Shown here: in pieces, positions 37,085-46,329 of the stretch
Layout of the letters: each line of letters opens with the position of its first letter
Position numbering within the stretch: the first letter of the stretch is position 1
From: an uncultured delta proteobacterium
GTDB taxonomy: Bacteria; Myxococcota_A; Polyangia; Fen-1088
DNA length: 64,000 nucleotides
Direction of reading: 5' to 3'
NCBI GenBank assembly: GCA_963796685.1
Contig: CAWCMR010000012.1
Span: 35,872-99,871 of the forward strand
Notes under the pieces: model-generated
The model's input: the letters and a program-made list of their open reading frames with translations, nothing else
Told to the model about the DNA's origin: nothing
Database searches by the model: none
Made by a program: the position numbers and the translations under genes

Positions 37085-38548
37085 TCAGACAATGACGTCG
37101 AAACCGGTGGTGCGTGGACGGGGCTGATATTCTGCGACGGCACGAGCAAGGCGGATGACGCCTTCCTTCATGGTGAGGGCATCGGCCACGATGGGCAGAC
37201 GCACGTGATCGGCGAAGCGGTGGTCGGGCGAGTTGGCCGAACCTGGGACCATGGTCACACCATGGCGAGCGGCGATCTGGGCAAGCTCGTCGGCATCGCC
37301 CTCCGGCATGCGTGCCCACAGCAACAAACCGCCCTCGGGCCTTTGCCAGGTCCACGTTGGCAGGTGCTTGGCGAGCAACTTGGTGAGCACGTCCAGCTTG
37401 GTGGCGACCTCATGGCGGCGGGCCTTGGCCGCGGCCTGGGCTTGCTCGACGAGCAAGGCCGCAGCGGCCTGCGACACCAGCGGACCGCCGAGATCGGACA
37501 GCGCCTTGAAGCGGCCGAGACGCACGATCCAGGCCTCGGGCCCGCGAATGAAGCCCACGCGCAGGCCGGCCCAGAAGAGCTTGCTCAGCGATCCGAGAGT
37601 CAGGATGGGCGCGTTCTTGGCGAAGGTCGCGATGGGCGATGGCGGCGCGCCGGCAAGCCCCAGGTCGGCGAGGGTGTTGTCCTCGACCACCGGAACTTGC
37701 AGCTCCTCGGCGAGGCGCGCAATCTCGCGCCGGGTGCGCTCGGGCATGAGCCCGCCCGTGGGATTGTGGTACGTCGGCACCAGGTAAAGAAGGCGAGGAC
37801 GCATGGCCATCAAGGCGTGCAGGCGGTCGAGGTCCAGGTTATCCGCGGCGCCGGGCACGGCCAGCACGCGCGCGCCCGCGGATACCAGCACGTCGATGGC
37901 GCCGATGTACGTGGGGTCCTCGGTGACCACGGTCTCGCCGCGCGCCACCAGGAGGCCCGCGACCAGGCTGATGGCCTGCTGGGCGCCGTTCGTAATCAAG
38001 ACCTGCTCTTCGCGGGTGGGCAGGCCGGTGCGCGAAAGGTGCTCGGCCACGGCCTTGCGCAGGGCCGGCAAGCCCATGGGAAAATAGCCTTCGCCCGCGC
38101 TCAGGTTGGCGCAGCCCTTGCGCGCCACGGCCCTGAGGGCAGTGTCGACCTCGGGCAAGGGAGGCAGCTGGGCGCTCACGAAGCCGATGGCATCGCTGGC
38201 GCGTTCGATCAGGCTGCGAAACACGATGTTGCGACGGAAGGCCGAGGAGACCTCGTGCTCCTGCGGGCTGGGCCAGCCGGTCTTGCCCGCCCGCCGTACC
38301 CACGTCCCGCTGCCGTGTCGGCTCTCGATGGTGCCCGCCTCGCGCAAACGCGCGTAGGCCTGCACGACCGTGGTGCGGCTGAGCTCGAGGGCCTCGGCCA
38401 GGGCGCGCTCGGGCGGCAGGCGCGTGCCGGGCAGAAGGTCGCCGCGCTCCACGGCCAGGGTGATGGTTTGCGCCAGCTGCTGGTAGAGCGGTCCGTCGCC
38501 GCGGGGAAAGGCGGCGAGCACTTTGGCCAGGTTGTCGGTGGCTGCCAT
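37085..38548 (-). CDS. MocR/GabR-family regulator (GntR HTH plus PLP aminotransferase domain)
   Basis: PLYQQL, LPPERALA..L.LSRTTVVQAY, TNGAQQA, HNPTG and SLSKLFWAGLRVG. Confidence 0.93.
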   Translation of the reverse strand: MAATDNLAKVLAAFPRGDGPLYQQLAQTITLAVERGDLLPGTRLPPERALAEALELSRTTVVQAYARLREAGTIESRHGSGTWVRRAGKTGWPSPQEHEVSSAFRRNIVFRSLIERASDAIGFVSAQLPPLPEVDTALRAVARKGCANLSAGEGYFPMGLPALRKAVAEHLSRTGLPTREEQVLITNGAQQAISLVAGLLVARGETVVTEDPTYIGAIDVLVSAGARVLAVPGAADNLDLDRLHALMAMRPRLLYLVPTYHNPTGGLMPERTRREIARLAEELQVPVVEDNTLADLGLAGAPPSPIATFAKNAPILTLGSLSKLFWAGLRVGFIRGPEAWIVRLGRFKALSDLGGPLVSQAAAALLVEQAQAAAKARRHEVATKLDVLTKLLAKHLPTWTWQRPEGGLLLWARMPEGDADELAQIAARHGVTMVPGSANSPDHRFADHVRLPIVADALTMKEGVIRLARAVAEYQPRPRTTGFDVIV

Positions 38549-38571
38549 GGGGTCGGCTGTCCTGGAGTAAG

Positions 38572-38668
38572 ACCACTTGTGCGCAAGTGGTTCTTGAATG
38601 TCGCGCATCCATGGCGCACTTTCAAGCCTGTTCGCGCAGTGGATTGAAATTGGACTTACAAGTGGACT
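38572..38668. promoter_or_regulatory. Candidate MocR-type operator between the divergent regulator and ilvE
   Basis: Palindrome ACCACTTG-tgcg-CAAGTGGT at 38572-38591. TGGA(C/T)T direct repeats at 38640, 38651 and 38663. Confidence 0.55.
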
Positions 38669-38683
38669 GATGGAGGTCTCGTC

Positions 38684-39610
38684 GTGGCAAGCAAGCTTCC
38701 CCGCATGGCATTTTTCAACGATCGCATCGTGCCCTACGCCGAGGCCAAGGTGGGCTTGCTTACCCACGCGCTCAACTACGGCACGGGCGTGTTCGCCGGT
38801 ATCCGCGGCTACTGGAACGGCGACGAAGGCAAGCTGCTGGTCTTTCGCCTGACCGACCACGTGCGCCGTCTGCACGAGTCGTCGCGCCTGCTGCGCATGA
38901 CTCTGGCGCTCTCGGAAGAGGCCACGGCGCGCGCCGTGCTCGATCTGCTGCGCGCCGAGGGGTTGAAGGAGGATTGCTACATCCGTCCCATGGCCTTCTA
39001 CGGCGACGAGGTGATCGGCGTGCGTTTGCACGGCCTTGCCCCCAACCTCAGCATCGTGGCGGTTCCTTTCGGCCTCTACATCGACAAGGCCGATGGCGCC
39101 CATTGCACGGTGTCGTCGTGGCGCCGGCCCGAGGACAACGTGATTCCGGCGCGCGGCAAGATCACCGGCAGCTACGCCAACAGCGCCTTTGCCAAGAGCG
39201 ACGCCGAGCTGGCGGGCTTCGACGAGGCCCTGCTGCTCAACCAGCACGGCTACGTCAGCGAAGGCTCGGGCGAGAACGTCTTCCTCGTCCGCCGTGGCGT
39301 GGTGGTCACGCCGTCGCTCAACCAGAGCGTGCTCGAAGGCATCACGCGCCGCTCGCTCATCACCCTGGTGCGCGACGAGCTGGGCCTGCCCGTCGAGGAA
39401 CGGCCGGTCGAGCGCGGCGAGCTGTTCGTGGCCGATGAGGTCTTTCTCACCGGCACCGCGGCCCAGATCACGGCAGTGTCGCGCATCGACCACCGCCCGG
39501 TGGGCAGTGGCCAGCTCGGCCCCATCACGGAGAGGTTGCGCAGGCTGTTCTTCGACGTGGTCCGCGGCCGCGTGGCCAAGTACCGCGAATGGTGCACGGT
39601 CGTCGAGTAG
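38684..39610 (+). CDS. ilvE: Branched-chain amino acid aminotransferase (class IV)
   Basis: THALNYGTGVFAGIR, YIRP, K.TGSY, EGSGEN, LEGITR and EVFLTGTAA. Confidence 0.92.
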   Translation: MASKLPRMAFFNDRIVPYAEAKVGLLTHALNYGTGVFAGIRGYWNGDEGKLLVFRLTDHVRRLHESSRLLRMTLALSEEATARAVLDLLRAEGLKEDCYIRPMAFYGDEVIGVRLHGLAPNLSIVAVPFGLYIDKADGAHCTVSSWRRPEDNVIPARGKITGSYANSAFAKSDAELAGFDEALLLNQHGYVSEGSGENVFLVRRGVVVTPSLNQSVLEGITRRSLITLVRDELGLPVEERPVERGELFVADEVFLTGTAAQITAVSRIDHRPVGSGQLGPITERLRRLFFDVVRGRVAKYREWCTVVE

Positions 39611-39633
39611 GGAGACCCGCCGCGGCAGTCTCG

Positions 39634-39669
39634 CCAGCGGGCAGGAGCCTCCAGGCTCGCTCCCGCTGG
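39634..39669. terminator. Hairpin between convergent genes
   Basis: CCAGCGGG..GAGCC-tcca-GGCTC..CCCGCTGG. No U-tract. Confidence 0.4.
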
Positions 39670-39684
39670 ACAAGACAGCGTGGT

Positions 39685-40044
39685 TTACCAGGTTGCGAAA
39701 GAGGCGTAGTCAGGCGTGCCCGCTGTCACCTGAATGCAATAACCGCCGTTCACTTTGGCCGGAAGGGCCCAGCCGTTGCAGTTCATCGCGGTACCATTGA
39801 CCTTCAGGGTCCGGCCGCTCATGTTGCTGCAGTTGCCGCCGGAGAGACTGGCCTTGATCTCGCGACAGGCTGCACCAAGGCCAAGATTGCCGGACTGGTA
39901 GCCTGGTCCGGTAAACACGATGGGGTTCGAACAAACTCCCGTGCAGGGAGTACTGCTTGAGCTGGACACGGTGACGTTGACGGCGGTCGATGTCGTGGTG
40001 GCGCCCGAGACCGTCACGTTCACCGCGGTCGACGTCGCGGACAT
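39685..40044 (-). pseudogene. Orphan C-terminal module (end of an Ig-like domain plus a small Cys/aromatic CBM-like domain)
   Basis: TSTAVNVTVS occurs twice, followed by CTGVCSNP...QSGNLG...GGNCSN...NGGYCIQ...FATW. No signal peptide or catalytic part. Confidence 0.6.
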
Positions 40045-40129
40045 GGTCGACAGGCACGTCGACGAACGCTGCGGGCGCGTTGCCTTTGCCGTCGACACGG
40101 GCAACGAACTTTGCCAATCTGTGGGCTGC

Positions 40130-41743
40130 ATGGAAGGAGGATTCGCGACCAGCGAAAGGACCGAGGCAACCTGCGAGCCGGCCCCGGGGACGGCCCCGCG
40201 ATGCAGCGAAGCAGAAACGTGGACGCCGCTGCCGAGCCTGCGCCGGTGGCATTACCTGGTCTTTGCCGCAATCTACCTCTATGCCTTTCCGTACTTCGAT
40301 GCGATGCGAAGCGCCCAGGAGATGCCGCGTTTGCTCCTGACCGAGCAAATCGTCGATCATGGCGTGCTGAATTTGGATGCCCGGCTGGGAGAGCTGGGGT
40401 CGGGCAATGATCTGTCGAGAGGCCCCGACGGACGCAACTACGCCAACAAATCGCCGGGACCGTCGTTCGTCGCCGTCCCGGCGTACTTGCTGGCCAAGCT
40501 CTTCGGGTGTACGACCATCCGCGGTGCGATGTGGGCCGTACGCGTCGGCGCCGTCACCCTGCCGTCGCTGCTGTTGCTGCCGTTCCTCTACGGATTGTCC
40601 CGACGCTTCACCCCGGACGAGAACGCCCGGCGGGCCATCCTGGCCGCCTATGCATTGGCTTCGCCGGTGTTGCCTTACTCGATGCTCCTCTATTCGCACA
40701 CTTTGGCTGCGGCATGCTTGGTCGGTGGTTTTGCAGCTGCGGTTCACCTCGTGCGTGAACGTCCGCGGCGGCCTCTACTGGTCGCGTCGCTGGCGGGGTT
40801 GCTTGTGGGGATGGCCCCGTCCATGGACTACCAGGCGACGCTGGCAGCTCCCATCATCGGTCTCTATGTCCTGCTGTGCACCCGCCAGCGGTGGAGAAGC
40901 GTGGCGCTGTTCGCGGCCGGTGCCCTCCCGCCGATAGCCGGCCTACTCGCCTACCACAAGATATGCTTCGGCTCTCCGTTTCGCATCAGCTACAGCCTAG
41001 GCGTGGACACCGCTCCGCAAGAGGGTTTGCTGGGCTTCATCGGACCCAACTGGGCGTCCCTGAGCAACATTTTGTTCGTGCCGAGCAACGGGTTGCTCGT
41101 ATTCTCGCCATGGATCGTGTTGACCTTGGTTGGTGCCGCGGCGATTGTCTGGCAACGCCGGCTGCGTCTGCGCGTGGGCCCTGAAGCCTTGGTCTGTGCC
41201 GGGATCGTGACGGTCTACGTGGTCTTCGTGGGATCGATGCTGCCGTATATGGCGCGCGGCGGATGGTCGGCGGGTGCTCGGCAGTTGGTCGGCATGCTCC
41301 CTTTCGCGTCTTTGCTGGCGGGTGTGGGTTTCGAGCTCGCAGGGCGTCACTTCGCTACACGCGTGCTCGCAACCGCGGCGGTGCTGGTCGGTGCGGTTAT
41401 CTTCATCACTGCTGCGACCACCTATCCGCACTGGCCGGACGCGCTTCTAAATCCCCTCTATGAGCTGAGCTTTCCGCTCCTCGCCCACGGTTATGCCGTG
41501 CACTCGGTCGGTACCTGGCTCGGCCTCCACGGTTTGTGGTCGCTGGCTCCGATCTACCTATTGGCCATGATATGGTGCGCTTTTCTCCTTGTCCGAGGGG
41601 TGCGGCGCGCGGCGCTCGTGATCGGCTTGGGCGGTTTGCTCGCAACCGCCGTGGTGGCTTCCTACAGTCGCTTCCCCCGGACTGGACCCTACGCAAACCA
41701 CGTATGGAGCTGGGTCACGGCAACCTGGGAGCCGCACCGGTGA
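40130..41743 (+). CDS. GT-C-like membrane protein (paralogue A)
   Basis: RSAQEMPR first loop, YANKSPG, LYSH, DYQ, FGSPF..SY, GLLVFSP and GGWSAGARQL. Confidence 0.72.
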   Translation: MEGGFATSERTEATCEPAPGTAPRCSEAETWTPLPSLRRWHYLVFAAIYLYAFPYFDAMRSAQEMPRLLLTEQIVDHGVLNLDARLGELGSGNDLSRGPDGRNYANKSPGPSFVAVPAYLLAKLFGCTTIRGAMWAVRVGAVTLPSLLLLPFLYGLSRRFTPDENARRAILAAYALASPVLPYSMLLYSHTLAAACLVGGFAAAVHLVRERPRRPLLVASLAGLLVGMAPSMDYQATLAAPIIGLYVLLCTRQRWRSVALFAAGALPPIAGLLAYHKICFGSPFRISYSLGVDTAPQEGLLGFIGPNWASLSNILFVPSNGLLVFSPWIVLTLVGAAAIVWQRRLRLRVGPEALVCAGIVTVYVVFVGSMLPYMARGGWSAGARQLVGMLPFASLLAGVGFELAGRHFATRVLATAAVLVGAVIFITAATTYPHWPDALLNPLYELSFPLLAHGYAVHSVGTWLGLHGLWSLAPIYLLAMIWCAFLLVRGVRRAALVIGLGGLLATAVVASYSRFPRTGPYANHVWSWVTATWEPHR

Positions 41744-41862
41744 CCTCATTGCCCGGCCGAACGTTCATTGTCCCTGAAGATGCTTGACAGCAACGCACCT
41801 TTCTTGTGCTGCAAGTGGGACCTGGCTGGTCTCTGCTAGTCATGGGAGAGCGGCACAACTTG

Positions 41863-43638
41863 ATGAGCGATTTTGTTATGACACCGCTGCATGATTCGCC
41901 CCAAACTGCGGTTCCCGCTGCACCGGGATCGTCGGTCGCCAAAGGGTGGACGCTCCAGGCATTTTTCCGCCGACACTGGGCACTCCTGTTGCCGTCCTTC
42001 ATCTACCTCTATATTTTCCCCTATCTGCCGGCACTGCGCAGCCCCAACGAGCTCTGCCGTCTACTGCAGACCCGTGCTCTTGTCGATCGTCGCAGCGTGG
42101 AAATCGGCGAGGAGTTGCGTGTCCACGGCCATGTGGGCGATCTGTCGTGCGTCGCAGTGGCCCGAGGTGGCGATGGCCGTGTGATCGAGCGCAAGGCCTG
42201 TCCCGAGGCGCGGGGCGATCCTCGATTCAAAGAGCAACACTATTTTCCTTCCAAAGCGCCGCTTCTGTCCTTCGCGGCCGCTCCGGTCTACCTTGCGCTC
42301 AAGATCGTCCATGGCAACGTGCCCGATTTCGCCCTCATGTTCTTTGCGCGCCTGGCCTGCGTGATCCTGCCTTCCCTGCTGCTGCTGGTTCTCCTACGGC
42401 GCTATCTTGGCACGTTGGTCAGGCAGTCCCTGGTGGACGCTCTTACGCTCGCCTACGCGCTTGGCACACTGGGCTTCAGCTATTCAGAACAGTTCGTGAG
42501 CCACCAGACCACGGCGGTGCTGGCGTTTGCGTGTTTCTATGTCCTATGGCGTCTGCGTCGCGGCGAGTGGCCCATCTGGAGCTATGCCGTGGCAGGATTG
42601 CTGGCCGGGATGACGGTCGCAGCGGAGTACACAGGCGCGCTCGCGATCCTTCCGCTGGGTGTATACGGCGTGGTCACAGCTTCTGGCGGCACGCACGGCA
42701 AGGTCAAGGCAGTGCTCTGGGCTGGCCTGGGCTTGCTTGCGCCTGTCATGGCGCTTGCGCTCTATCACTACGCGGCGTTTGGCCATCCCCTGGCCAGCGG
42801 CTACCGCTATCTCAACGATGCCGGCTACCAGGGATGGCACCGAGGTGGTTTTCTCGGCATCAAGCTGCCCGGAGGGCACGCTTTCGTACAGTCGTTCCTT
42901 TCACCCTCGCGAGGGCTGTTCACCCTGTCGCCCATGCTGGTGCTTGCCTTGCCACACCTGTTCGACGTCCGTGCGCTGCGCGCCCGCAATCCGGAGCTTT
43001 GGCTCAGCCTTGCAACATTTCTTCTCTACACGTATTTCACCAGCAGCTTTTCCTATGCATCGTGGGGCTGGACAACTGGACCACGGCACCTGACATCGCT
43101 CGTGCCCTTTCTACTCCTGCCACTGGCGCTCACATTACGTTCCCTGCGCGAGTATCCAGGGCAGGGACGTGAGCCGGGCGGCGCCTGGTGGCAAGTTCTG
43201 GGCAGTGGCACGGCGCTCGCTCTGGTGGTCCTCTCCATGCTGGAAACGTCGTTGATGACTCTCCTCAACTACATCTCCGATAGCTTCACCAACGCTCTTT
43301 TTCAGGTGGCGCTGCCCTTGGTCTGGCACGGCTTCTTGCCCAACAACTGGCTGTCGTTGGTGGGTGTGCCCAACCCATGGGCGGCCCTGCCTGTCGTTGT
43401 TGCCCTGGTGGCTGCCGTGACAGCGTGCGCGGCTATTTTGATTCGCTCGGTTCCATCCCGTCGCCGGTTACCTGCGTTGGCCGTGGCACTGGTTCTGGCC
43501 GCGACCATCGTGACCGTGCATGCATCCGTTCGCCCGCCCGCTGGCTGGGTTGCTCACGAACGGCAGGTCGCCGAATTCATGACGAAGATCTATGTCCCGC
43601 GCCCATTCCAACCGCCGCCCACGTTGTGGTCTCGCTGA
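41863..43638 (+). CDS. GT-C-like membrane protein (paralogue B)
   Basis: RSPNELCR, YFPSKAP, FVSH, EY, FGHPL..GY, GLFTLSP and WGWTTGPRHL, collinear with paralogue A. Confidence 0.72.
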   Translation: MSDFVMTPLHDSPQTAVPAAPGSSVAKGWTLQAFFRRHWALLLPSFIYLYIFPYLPALRSPNELCRLLQTRALVDRRSVEIGEELRVHGHVGDLSCVAVARGGDGRVIERKACPEARGDPRFKEQHYFPSKAPLLSFAAAPVYLALKIVHGNVPDFALMFFARLACVILPSLLLLVLLRRYLGTLVRQSLVDALTLAYALGTLGFSYSEQFVSHQTTAVLAFACFYVLWRLRRGEWPIWSYAVAGLLAGMTVAAEYTGALAILPLGVYGVVTASGGTHGKVKAVLWAGLGLLAPVMALALYHYAAFGHPLASGYRYLNDAGYQGWHRGGFLGIKLPGGHAFVQSFLSPSRGLFTLSPMLVLALPHLFDVRALRARNPELWLSLATFLLYTYFTSSFSYASWGWTTGPRHLTSLVPFLLLPLALTLRSLREYPGQGREPGGAWWQVLGSGTALALVVLSMLETSLMTLLNYISDSFTNALFQVALPLVWHGFLPNNWLSLVGVPNPWAALPVVVALVAAVTACAAILIRSVPSRRRLPALAVALVLAATIVTVHASVRPPAGWVAHERQVAEFMTKIYVPRPFQPPPTLWSR

Positions 43639-43665
43639 AGCGGGTGGCAAGGCGACAGCTTCCTA

Positions 43666-44790
43666 TCACTGGATCTCGTAGTGGTGCGAGTGCAGGAAGA
43701 AGAACCAGCCTTGGGCCAAAGCCAGGAACAGCAACAGCGGAACCTGCCATCGCGGGTGGCGTACGTACCATTTGCCGAGCGGTAGGAAGGCAGGCCAGCA
43801 CGAGGCCGAGTAGCGGCCGAGACCAAAGGCCCCGATGATCCACAACACAACCGTGAGCGGAATGGTCGCCGCCGCCAACTCCACGTACTTGCGCGAACGA
43901 AGGAGTGCCAGCGAGCCAATGGCCGGCAACAGCGCGAAGGGGATGAAACTGGCAATGTGCGGCCGGCGCCCAAACTGGCGAATGGCATCCCAAACGCTCC
44001 ACCAGGCCGTCTGGCCCCAGGCATTGCGCGCGTGCATAGACGAAAGCGCGTCTCCCCAGGCCCACTGGCAATAAACCATGTAAATGCCAGCAACGGCGAA
44101 TGGCAAGCCCAACGCAAGAATCGCGGGATGGAAGAAGAATCTGCGCAATCCACGTTGGTGCAGCTGCGCTGCCAGCAGGCCGCCACCAAACAATACCGTC
44201 AGATGCCGGGACAGGATCCCCAGCCCAAGTATGATTCCAGCCAGCGCATGCCGCCCCGACATGGCCAGGGATAATGCCGCCGCCGAAGTGAAGATCATGA
44301 TTGTCTCGGGGTAGCCAGATGCGTGGAAGAAGGCAAAGGGATAGGCTGCGAACAGAATCAGCGCCGCCCGCGCCGCGAGCGTGCCGTCAAGACGGACGAA
44401 CAGCCGATAGATAGTGAGGTAGGCGCCGAGGCAGGCCAGGTTCGAAATGGTGAGAATGGCCACTCCAACCCGCATGCCGGTCAGTTTCATGAGCGCGCGA
44501 GCGGCCATCGACAACCCAGGCCAAAAATTGGTTTCGTAGGCGCTTCCGTAGCCAACCCTCGCGATCCGATCGAACCAACCGCAGTCCCAACAGCAAAGCG
44601 CATCAAGGGCCGGGAGCGAGCGGAGCGACGCACTTGCGCTGCCGCGCAGCCCCGGTGTGAGAGTGAGCGAAATGTAGCCCAGCAAGAGCAGCGACAGGCG
44701 CGTGATGACCCACAATCCGATCGGAAATAGCGTCCATCGCCAGCGCGCAAGCAAGTACCTTCCAACAGCGCAGGCCATCAATCTTTGCAT
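43666..44790 (-). CDS. PIG-V/GT76-like mannosyltransferase
   Basis: WDCGWFDRIARVGY, NFWPG, AYPFAFF..SGYPET and GRY. Confidence 0.8.
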   Translation of the reverse strand: MQRLMACAVGRYLLARWRWTLFPIGLWVITRLSLLLLGYISLTLTPGLRGSASASLRSLPALDALCCWDCGWFDRIARVGYGSAYETNFWPGLSMAARALMKLTGMRVGVAILTISNLACLGAYLTIYRLFVRLDGTLAARAALILFAAYPFAFFHASGYPETIMIFTSAAALSLAMSGRHALAGIILGLGILSRHLTVLFGGGLLAAQLHQRGLRRFFFHPAILALGLPFAVAGIYMVYCQWAWGDALSSMHARNAWGQTAWWSVWDAIRQFGRRPHIASFIPFALLPAIGSLALLRSRKYVELAAATIPLTVVLWIIGAFGLGRYSASCWPAFLPLGKWYVRHPRWQVPLLLFLALAQGWFFFLHSHHYEIQ

Positions 44791-45872
44791 CACGAGGAAC
44801 GCAAGAAATGCGTGAAACAATAGAGGAGCAAGCCTTGGTGTGCGCACAGGAGAGCGACCACGGTGGCACGCAGATTTTGCCGGCTCGCCAGCTGTGCGCC
44901 GAGTCCCAAGAATGCCGGCCAGCAGGCCGCCAGGGCAAACGACGAAAACGTGTTCCAGCCACTCATCGCACCATACAAGAGCGGCGCTGCCGCCAGCGCC
45001 AGACCCCACAAACCGCGCATCGGGAGCAGCAGCACGCCGCCAATACAGAGGACAACGCCGAAGGCACTCACGACCGCCACCCATCCGGGCCCCCCAAGCT
45101 CGGGACGAGAGGCCAGCGCAGCGCGCAGTCCACTGCCGAGCGCGCCGAAACGTGATGCCATGACGCCGAACCAGAGCAGGGTGATCAGAACGGGCGCGAC
45201 GACAACCCACCGGCGACGCCATTCCCACGGCCGTTGTGGCTGCGCACCTTGGGACACCAGCGGTATCGTCGCGATGGCGAATAGGGCGCATGCCGGGTGG
45301 GCGAGCACGCCGACGGACAATATGGCTGACGAAAGGATGTACGATCCCTGCACGGCGTACAGCACGCCCCAGGTGGAGAGGGCCAGTAGGCACGCAAGCG
45401 AACCGCCATCGGAGAGGTGGTACGACAACGGGAACGCGGCCAAGAGCGCCACGCCCGCGCGGGCCGTCCCGGCATCGCGCAGTTTCAGGAACAGCCGATA
45501 GGCCCCGGCAAAACCCACAGCGCAGGCGACAAACGAAAGCACGATCAGGCCTAGCTCGAGGGAGCCGAGGGCTGCGCCCAGCCCTTTGCCCAAATACGGA
45601 ACGACAGGAGGAATCGCAATATCTGCTGCTCCCCTATACCCGTTGCGCGCGATACGCGCAAAGTCCGAAATCTCGCCATGTCCAAGCGCGGCCAAGGCTG
45701 GATAGGCGCGTGAAAAGGCCGGGGAAAGCCTCACGTCAACACCCATGGGTTTTCCAAACAGCGGACCGGCTTTGGCGAAGGTGTACAGAAGCGTGCGGCT
45801 GGCCGTAAATATCAACAATGGAAAAGAGAGCCAACCATATCGCTCTGCTATGGTCTCTTGCGTGTCACTCAT
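44790..45872 (-). CDS. Degenerate PIG-V-like paralogue
   Basis: Collinear with its neighbour (FARIARNGY, PPVVP, AAFPLSYHL, ACWPAFL) but WD is replaced by GE. TGATG overlap with the next gene. Confidence 0.7.
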   Translation of the reverse strand: MSDTQETIAERYGWLSFPLLIFTASRTLLYTFAKAGPLFGKPMGVDVRLSPAFSRAYPALAALGHGEISDFARIARNGYRGAADIAIPPVVPYLGKGLGAALGSLELGLIVLSFVACAVGFAGAYRLFLKLRDAGTARAGVALLAAFPLSYHLSDGGSLACLLALSTWGVLYAVQGSYILSSAILSVGVLAHPACALFAIATIPLVSQGAQPQRPWEWRRRWVVVAPVLITLLWFGVMASRFGALGSGLRAALASRPELGGPGWVAVVSAFGVVLCIGGVLLLPMRGLWGLALAAAPLLYGAMSGWNTFSSFALAACWPAFLGLGAQLASRQNLRATVVALLCAHQGLLLYCFTHFLRSS

Positions 45873-45987
45873 GGATGCGGCGCGCTCTGGCCGGGTAGCT
45901 ATACCACGGCAGGCGCGCTGTCGATCTTGGAAACATGGTGTCTTCTCGCCGCCGGGCGCGAAGCGATGTGTCTATGATGGGGCCGTG

Positions 45988-46061
45988 GTGGCAAGCGTTC
46001 TCGACAAAGCAAAGAAGCTCCAGGGGCATTACGCGCCCGGGATTTCGCTTGGCCGGGGCGT
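45988..46061 (+). repeat. Decayed copy of the 5' end of the DUF2914 gene (direct repeat of 48702-48775)
   Basis: 74-bp ungapped alignment with 9 mismatches by manual count; VASVLDKAKKLQGHY versus VTSVFDKAKKLHGQY. Confidence 0.85.
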
Positions 46062-46329
46062 ACCCAACATCGCCTCGAGCATGGGCGAGCTGCAAAGCGT
46101 GGCTGGCCGCGGTCGGCATGCAGGCCGCCGAGCGCTGGACCGCGACGCGGGTGGTGGCCTTGGCGTTGGTCGTGCCCAGCGCCACCGATGCTGGCCGTGG
46201 TGTGCAGTCTGGCCGCGCTGATCGTCATCGGCCACCGGGCCTTTCCCCGCACGGATCCGAGGAAGGTCAGCCCGTGGCCGATGATCCACAGCGTCTGGGA
46301 ACCGCGCCATCGCTAGACATCGTGGCGGG

